Source: Clostridia bacterium (GTDB taxonomy: Bacteria; Bacillota; Clostridia; Oscillospirales; CAG-272). Taken from it: 64,000 nucleotides of DNA. The notes under the pieces are model-generated. The model had not been told where the DNA came from. It did not search any database and was given only the letters and a program-made list of their open reading frames with translations. The position numbers and the translations under genes were made by a program. Below are positions 58,098-64,000 of this stretch, one piece after another. The stretch lies in contig JAFSYU010000033.1 in assembly GCA_017443595.1 (NCBI GenBank), positions 201,414 through 265,413 of the forward strand, given 5' to 3'. The first letter of the stretch is position 1, and every line of letters begins with the position of its first letter.

Positions 58098-59372
58098 ATG
58101 AAAACAAAAGCAGTCAGACTGTACGGCGTAAACGACTTGAGACTTGAAGAATTTGAACTTCCCGAGATCAAGGACGATGAGATACTTGCAAAAGTCGTAT
58201 CCGACAGTATCTGCATGTCGACGCATAAAGCCGCTATGCAGGGCAAAAATCACAAAAGAGTACCGGACAACGTAGCGGAAAATCCCGTTATCGTAGGACA
58301 TGAATTCTGCGGAATAATTGAAAAAGTCGGGGCCAGATGGGCAGATAAGTATAAAGCCGGTGATAAGTTCACGATACAACCCGCGCTTAATCAGAAAGAC
58401 GATCCGCTTGCAGCTCCCGGATATTCCTTTAAATATATCGGCGGAGACGCAACCTATATAGTTATCCCCGCACCCGTTATGGAACTTAACTGTCTTTTGC
58501 CTTATAACGGCGACGCTTATTTTTACGGCAGCTTATCCGAACCTATGTCCTGCATCATAGGCGGTTTCCATGCAAACTATCACACGACCCGCGGCAGCTA
58601 CGTTCACAGTATGGGCATAGTTGAAGGCGGCAACTGCGCTATACTGGCGGGCGTCGGTCCCATGGGCCTGGGCGCTATAGACTACGCGATACACGGCGAC
58701 AGACGTCCCGGACTGCTTGTTGTCACGGATATAGACGACGCGAGACTTGAACGCGCGGCAAAGATATACACGGTGGAAGACGCTGCCAAAAACGGCGTTA
58801 AGCTCGTATATCTCAACACCAACACACAGGCTCATCCCGAAAACACGAATGAGAACATTTTAGCTCTTACCGGCGGCAAGGGATTTGACGACGTGTTCGT
58901 ATTCGCGCCCGTAAAACCCGTTGTCGAACAGGGCGACGCGCTGCTCGGTATGGACGGCTGCCTGAACTTCTTCGCAGGTCCTACAAAGACGGATTTTTCC
59001 GCAATGTTCAACTTCTATAACGTTCACTACGGTTCGACTCATGTTGTCGGAACGTCCGGCGGAAACACGGACGATATGCTTGAATACGTTGACCTTATGA
59101 GGCAGGGAAGACTAAATCCCTCCGCTATGATCACGCACGTAGGCGGCCTTAACGCCGTTGTTTCCACAACTATAGATCTTGACAAGATCCCCGGCGGCAA
59201 AAAGCTTGTTTATACGCATATAGATATGCCGCTTACGGCGCTGTCTGACATGGCGGAACTCGGTAAGACCGATCCGGTCATGGCGGAGCTTGCCGTAATA
59301 GTTGAAAAACATAACGGTCTGTGGAGCGCGGAAGCTGAAAAGTATCTGCTCGCACACGCTAAGAAAATATAA
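58098..59372 (+). CDS. Zinc-dependent medium-chain dehydrogenase/reductase (sugar-phosphate or polyol dehydrogenase-like)
   Basis: VGHEFCGIIEKVG zinc-ligand region and Rossmann motif LAGVGPMGLGAI. The 424-aa size resembles sorbose-1-phosphate-reductase-type enzymes. The substrate is unknown. Confidence 0.75.
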   Translation: MKTKAVRLYGVNDLRLEEFELPEIKDDEILAKVVSDSICMSTHKAAMQGKNHKRVPDNVAENPVIVGHEFCGIIEKVGARWADKYKAGDKFTIQPALNQKDDPLAAPGYSFKYIGGDATYIVIPAPVMELNCLLPYNGDAYFYGSLSEPMSCIIGGFHANYHTTRGSYVHSMGIVEGGNCAILAGVGPMGLGAIDYAIHGDRRPGLLVVTDIDDARLERAAKIYTVEDAAKNGVKLVYLNTNTQAHPENTNENILALTGGKGFDDVFVFAPVKPVVEQGDALLGMDGCLNFFAGPTKTDFSAMFNFYNVHYGSTHVVGTSGGNTDDMLEYVDLMRQGRLNPSAMITHVGGLNAVVSTTIDLDKIPGGKKLVYTHIDMPLTALSDMAELGKTDPVMAELAVIVEKHNGLWSAEAEKYLLAHAKKI

Positions 59373-59397
59373 TAGAGTTTGAAAGGATAATAATACC

Positions 59398-61383
59398 ATG
59401 ACTATCAACGAAGGTCTTAACAATCTTGTAGAATTCTCGCATAAATACGGCAGCGATCCTGCGTTCGTTCTCGCCGGCGGCGGCAATACTTCTTTTAAAA
59501 CAGACGAATTTCTGTTTATTAAAGGTTCCGGTTCTTCATTATCTACAATAAAAGCGGAACAGTTCGTAAAAATGAACAGAGCCGCGCTTGACGATATGTG
59601 GAAAAAGACGTATCCGATAGACGAAGCTGAAAGAGAAGCCGCTGTTCTTTCCGATATGATGGACGCAAGATGCAAAGGTGAAGAAGCAAAGCGCCCGAGC
59701 GTTGAAACGCTGCTTCACAATCTGCTCAAACAGCAGTACGTTCTGCACGTTCATCCCGCGCTCGTAAACGGCCTTACCTGCTCAAAAGAGGGCTCGGAAG
59801 CTATGTACAGACTTTTCCCGGACGCTATCTGGGTACCGTCAACAAAACCCGGCTACATTCTTGCCGCTTACTGCAGAAAAGCCGTACTTGAATACGTAAA
59901 TACTCATAACAAAACTCCTAACGTTATATTCCTTGAAAACCACGGTATTTTCTTCGGTGCGGACAGCATGGAAGAACTTGACGCAACAGTTGCCGACGTT
60001 ATGGGCAAGCTCAAAGCGTGTGTTAAAAGAGAGCCTGATCTGTCCCCGGCGGAGACAGACAGACAAAGAGCTTCGCTCATCGCTCCCGCTGTCAGAATGC
60101 TCTATTCAAAAGACGAGCTTTGCAGCGTTTACTATACCGCAAACAAAATAACGCTTGAATTTGCCGCAAGCAGAGAAGCGTTTGAACCGCTTTACAAGAG
60201 CTATTCACCCGACCATATCGTATACTGCAAAGCCTACGCTTTATACGTTGCAGACAGCGGAGATATCGAGCAGATATATGCAGATCTGAAAGCCGGATTT
60301 GAAGAATTCGAGGGCACGCGCGGCTACAAGCCGAAAATAGTTATGATTCAGAATCTCGGTATGTTCTCCGTAGGCACGACGCATAAAAACGCAAAAGTCG
60401 CCGCGGAAGTATTTACGGATATGATGAAAATAGCGGTGTATGCCGAGGCTTTCGGCGGCTATAATCCGATGTCCGATGAGCTTATTGATTTTATAACAAA
60501 CTGGGAAGTTGAATCATACCGCTCCAAAGTGTCTTTGGCAGGCGCCGGCGCAAAGCGTCTTTCCGAGAAGATAACGGTCGTTACCGGCTCGGCTCAGGGC
60601 TTTGGCAAAGGCATTGCCGAGGAGCTTGCAAAAGACGGCGCGTACGTAGTTATAGCGGATATTCCGAAGCAGGCGGAGCTTTCAGCTCAGGTAGTTGAAG
60701 AGATAAACGCGGCTAACGGCGGAAACAAAGCTATATCCGTTGACGTTGACGTATCAAACGAGGAACTCGTTGAAAAAATGCTTATAGATACAGTCCTCAC
60801 CTTCGGCGGTATAGACGTATTCGTTTCCAACGCCGGTATAGCGATAGCCGGAAACGTTGAAGAGATGACAAAACAGCGTTTTGAGCTTGTAACGGCAATT
60901 AACTACACAGGTTATTATCTCTGCACAAAATACGCAAGCAGATATATGAAGATACAGCACAGATTCGCGCCGGAATACATGGCTGATATCGTAACGGTCA
61001 ACTCAAAATCCGGTCTTGAAGGATCAAATAAGAACTTTGCGTATGCCGGATCAAAATTCGGCGGTATCGGTCTTACGCAGTCGTTTGCGCTTGAGCTTGT
61101 TGATTACAACATAAAGGTCAACGCCGTATGCCCCGGCAACTATCTTGACGGTCCGTTGTGGAGCGACCCGGTAAAAGGTCTGTTCGTACAGTATCTTAAC
61201 GCCGGCAAAGTTCCCGGTGCAAAGACCGTTGAAGACGTCCGTGCGTTCTATATGAGCAAAACGCCTATCAAACGCGGCTGCCTGCCCGCAGACGTTGCCC
61301 GCGCTATCACTTACGTTGTAGAGCAGAAGTATGAGACCGGTCAGGCTGTTCCCGTAACAGGCGGTCAGATAATGCTCAATTAA
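59398..61383 (+). CDS. Bifunctional class-II aldolase / short-chain dehydrogenase (RhaEW/YuxG-like)
   Basis: The N-terminal ~380 aa form an aldolase-II-like domain. The C-terminal SDR has TGSAQGFGKG (TGxxxGxG) and YAGSKFGGIG (YxxxK). Confidence 0.8.
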   Translation: MTINEGLNNLVEFSHKYGSDPAFVLAGGGNTSFKTDEFLFIKGSGSSLSTIKAEQFVKMNRAALDDMWKKTYPIDEAEREAAVLSDMMDARCKGEEAKRPSVETLLHNLLKQQYVLHVHPALVNGLTCSKEGSEAMYRLFPDAIWVPSTKPGYILAAYCRKAVLEYVNTHNKTPNVIFLENHGIFFGADSMEELDATVADVMGKLKACVKREPDLSPAETDRQRASLIAPAVRMLYSKDELCSVYYTANKITLEFAASREAFEPLYKSYSPDHIVYCKAYALYVADSGDIEQIYADLKAGFEEFEGTRGYKPKIVMIQNLGMFSVGTTHKNAKVAAEVFTDMMKIAVYAEAFGGYNPMSDELIDFITNWEVESYRSKVSLAGAGAKRLSEKITVVTGSAQGFGKGIAEELAKDGAYVVIADIPKQAELSAQVVEEINAANGGNKAISVDVDVSNEELVEKMLIDTVLTFGGIDVFVSNAGIAIAGNVEEMTKQRFELVTAINYTGYYLCTKYASRYMKIQHRFAPEYMADIVTVNSKSGLEGSNKNFAYAGSKFGGIGLTQSFALELVDYNIKVNAVCPGNYLDGPLWSDPVKGLFVQYLNAGKVPGAKTVEDVRAFYMSKTPIKRGCLPADVARAITYVVEQKYETGQAVPVTGGQIMLN

Positions 61384-61395
61384 CGGAGGCATATA

Positions 61396-62667
61396 ATGAC
61401 AGAGCTTGTTGAAAGACTGAACGACAACGATATAAACGTGCGTCTTGACGCGCTTAAGCAGATCAGGAAGCTTACCGATGAAGGTAAGCTTCCCAAACCT
61501 GCCGATACGCCTTACGTAAACAACCATATACACACGCAGTATTCATTTTCTCCGTATTCGCCCACAAAAGCGCTTTATATGGCGTGGCAGGCGGGATTAA
61601 AAACTGCCGGTATCATGGACCATGATTCCGTCGGCGGTATCAGAGAATTCATAGAAGCCGGAAAGATACTTGATATGCCCATAACCTGCGGTATGGAAAT
61701 ACGCTGCGATATGAGCAAAACGTCGCTTAACGGCAAAAAAATAAACAATCCGGACCAGAAGTCCGTAGCGTACGTCGCGCTTCACGGTATCCCTCATCAG
61801 AGCATAGATATGATAGAGGAGTTTATAAAACCGTACCGTGCAAAAAGAAACGAGCGCAACCGCAAAATGTGCAAAAACATAACGGAGCTCGTCGCTCCGT
61901 ACGGTCTTGATCTTGATTTTGACCGCGACGTTTTACCGTTGTCAAAAGCAAGTGAAGGAGGTTCCGTAACAGAACGCCATATACTTTTCGCACTTGCAAA
62001 GAAAGTAACGGCAAAATATCCTACGCCTAAGCAAGTCGTTGACTTTTTCAAAAACGATATGCACGTTGCGATGTCTTCTAAAGTCGAAGCGCAGATCTTA
62101 AACGGAGAAAACACGCCGGACTTTTACGAATATGACATTTTAGGCGCGCTGAAAGCCGAAATGGTCGAGAAATTCTATATAGAAGCGGATGAGGAATGCC
62201 CGTCTGTATATGATTACATCGATATATGCAACAAGAGCGGCGCTATCTCAGCGTACGCGTACTTGGGCGACGTAGGCGATTCAGTGACGGGCGACAAGAA
62301 AGCGCAGAAATTCGAAGACGATTATCTGCCGCTTCTGTTCGATACGTTGAAGGAACTCGGATTTGACGCCGTTACGTATATGCCCACGAGAAATACGGAA
62401 GAACAGCTGAAGCGAGTTATGTCTTACTGTGACAGATATAACCTCTTCCAGATAAGCGGTGTTGATATCAACTCTCCTCGTCAGGAATTCATCTGCCGCC
62501 AGCTTGACAATCCGTTATACGCTCATCTCGTAGACGCGACGTACGCTCTTATCGGTGCTGAAAACGAGGCGACCGGGGATCTTGAAAACGCAATGTTTTC
62601 CGAGAAAACGATAATAAATATGCCGCAGGTAAAGGAACGCATCGCATATTATAAAACTAAAGCCTGA
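61396..62667 (+). CDS. PHP-domain metal-dependent phosphoesterase
   Basis: The N-terminal NNHIHTQYS motif (HxH) is typical of PHP domains, followed by GIMDHD. Confidence 0.7.
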   Translation: MTELVERLNDNDINVRLDALKQIRKLTDEGKLPKPADTPYVNNHIHTQYSFSPYSPTKALYMAWQAGLKTAGIMDHDSVGGIREFIEAGKILDMPITCGMEIRCDMSKTSLNGKKINNPDQKSVAYVALHGIPHQSIDMIEEFIKPYRAKRNERNRKMCKNITELVAPYGLDLDFDRDVLPLSKASEGGSVTERHILFALAKKVTAKYPTPKQVVDFFKNDMHVAMSSKVEAQILNGENTPDFYEYDILGALKAEMVEKFYIEADEECPSVYDYIDICNKSGAISAYAYLGDVGDSVTGDKKAQKFEDDYLPLLFDTLKELGFDAVTYMPTRNTEEQLKRVMSYCDRYNLFQISGVDINSPRQEFICRQLDNPLYAHLVDATYALIGAENEATGDLENAMFSEKTIINMPQVKERIAYYKTKA

Positions 62668-62762
62668 AGGGATCTTAAAAAATCAAACCCCGGGGCATAT
62701 TTCCGATGAGTTATATTGTTATAATACGGAAATTTAAAAACACAACAAGAAAGGAAAATATT

Positions 62763-63872
62763 ATGATAATACAACTTGAGGAAGCAAAGTTAAAACTTGC
62801 AAACATAAAAAATCAGGTGAATGAATACGGCGTCACGATAAAGATAGACGATCTTCGAAAAACAGCTGAAAAAATGGACGCGGAGATGGAAGCGCCGGAA
62901 TTCTGGGGCGACCAGGCGAACGCTACAAAACATTTACAGCAGCTTAAAGTCATAAAAGACAAAATTGAAGTCTACGATAAGCTGAAAGCAAACGTTGACG
63001 ATACGTATGATCTTATAGAAATGTCTATCGAAGATGGCGACGATTCAAATACCGAAGAGTTTTTATCTGACGTTGCAAAGATAGAAGAAAAACTCGAACA
63101 CTTGAATATAGAAGTTCTTTTATCCGGAGAATACGACAGAAACAACGCTATAGTATCGTTCCATCCGGGCGCCGGCGGCACCGAGGCTCAGGACTGGGCG
63201 CAGATGCTTTACAGAATGTATACGCGCTGGGGTGAGAAAAGCGGTTTCAAGGTAAAACTCGTGGACTGGCTTGACGGTGAGGAAGCGGGGATCAAAAGCG
63301 CCACTATTACGGTAGAAGGCACGAATGCTTACGGATATTTAAAAAGCGAATCCGGCGTTCACCGCCTTGTAAGAGTTTCGCCGTTTGACGCGTCCGGCAG
63401 ACGTCACACTTCGTTTGCATCCGTTGAGGTAATACCCGAGCTTGACGATACGAACGAGATAGAGATCAGAGACGAAGATATAGAAGTAACAACGCACAAA
63501 TCAAGCGGCGCCGGCGGTCAGCATATAAATAAGACCGAATCGGCTATTCGCATCGTCCACAAGCCGACCGGAATAGTTGTCGGATGTCAAACGGAGCGCA
63601 ACCAGCTTCAAAACAAAGAAACAGCGCTCAAAATGCTGAAAAGCAAGCTGTTAGAGATCAAAATACGTGAAAACCTTGAGAAAATTGAAGATATCAGGGG
63701 AGAAAAAACAAATATCGAATGGGGTTCTCAGATAAGATCGTACGTGTTTATGCCGTATACTCTTGTCAAAGACGCGAGGACCGGATACGAAACGGGTAAC
63801 ATACAAGCCGTTATGGACGGTGATCTTGACGGCTTCATAAACGCATATCTAAGAATGTTTGTTAAGATCTGA
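62763..63872 (+). CDS. prfB: Peptide chain release factor 2, encoded in a single frame (no programmed +1 frameshift)
   Basis: RF2-specific SPF (VRVSPFD), GGQ (SGAGGQHINKTES), and N-terminal PEFWGD. The start is at MIIQLEE, preceded by AAAGGAAA. The upstream ATG at 62706 lies 5' of a TATAAT box (62719-62724). Confidence 0.93.
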   Translation: MIIQLEEAKLKLANIKNQVNEYGVTIKIDDLRKTAEKMDAEMEAPEFWGDQANATKHLQQLKVIKDKIEVYDKLKANVDDTYDLIEMSIEDGDDSNTEEFLSDVAKIEEKLEHLNIEVLLSGEYDRNNAIVSFHPGAGGTEAQDWAQMLYRMYTRWGEKSGFKVKLVDWLDGEEAGIKSATITVEGTNAYGYLKSESGVHRLVRVSPFDASGRRHTSFASVEVIPELDDTNEIEIRDEDIEVTTHKSSGAGGQHINKTESAIRIVHKPTGIVVGCQTERNQLQNKETALKMLKSKLLEIKIRENLEKIEDIRGEKTNIEWGSQIRSYVFMPYTLVKDARTGYETGNIQAVMDGDLDGFINAYLRMFVKI

Positions 63873-63885
63873 AAGGAGTAATATT

Positions 63886-64000
63886 ATGAAGATCGATTTC
63901 AGCGCGGGAAAAGAAACGTACAAAAAGAATGAAAGGCTGATAAATCTCATAGCGGCATTTTCACTTGTCGTTCAGTTTATCACGGTCCTCATCACCGGTC
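63886..64000 (+). CDS. Hypothetical protein, N-terminal fragment (continues beyond the window)
   Basis: ATG preceded by AAAGGAG. The translation MKIDFSAGKETYKKNERLINLIAAFSLVVQFITVLITG ends in a hydrophobic segment. Confidence 0.4.
   Translation, partial: MKIDFSAGKETYKKNERLINLIAAFSLVVQFITVLITG

Overview
This 64-kb chromosomal window comes from a Gram-positive anaerobe. It is most likely a gut or rumen member of the Clostridia (Oscillospiraceae/Ruminococcaceae-like). That placement is inferred from a SpoVB-like gene, a CIRCE/HrcA-controlled dnaK operon and a dockerin-bearing enzyme.

I call about 47 densely packed protein genes and two tRNA genes (Val-CAC and Glu-CUC, both on the minus strand).

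Housekeeping genes: tex 3' end, tdk, hrcA-grpE-dnaK-dnaJ-prmA, alaS, prfB, mscL, an MscS-family channel, mtnN, a HIT protein, a parvulin PPIase, a lipid kinase and a YtqB/MnmM-type methyltransferase.

Glycan-foraging genes:
- two full-length GH78 alpha-L-rhamnosidases and a shorter GH78-like protein;
- a GH20 hexosaminidase fused to a GNAT;
- two paralogous uncharacterised putative glycosidases, one with an N-terminal dockerin;
- an MsmK/MalK-type ATPase and a sugar-binding lipoprotein;
- two tandem MacB/FtsX-type fused ABC proteins;
- an operon with an RhaEW-like aldolase/dehydrogenase.

I found no CRISPR array, IS element, integrase, prophage or recognisable defence gene.

The most unusual content is non-coding. 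Both tRNA genes are trailed by a conserved ~190-bp hairpin-rich element. The ends of each copy are direct and inverted copies of the T-arm/3' end of the particular tRNA it sits next to. The stems of its hairpins co-vary between the two copies.

Next to the tRNA-Glu copy lies a 740-bp gene-free island. It holds a ~100-bp direct repeat and an array of eight 'NNNAAAT + short GC hairpin' units (GTGAAAT x5; one each GCGAAAT, GTTAAAT, ACTAAAT) in a convergent 4+4 arrangement.

All protein calls rest on motifs read from the supplied translations. No database search was run.
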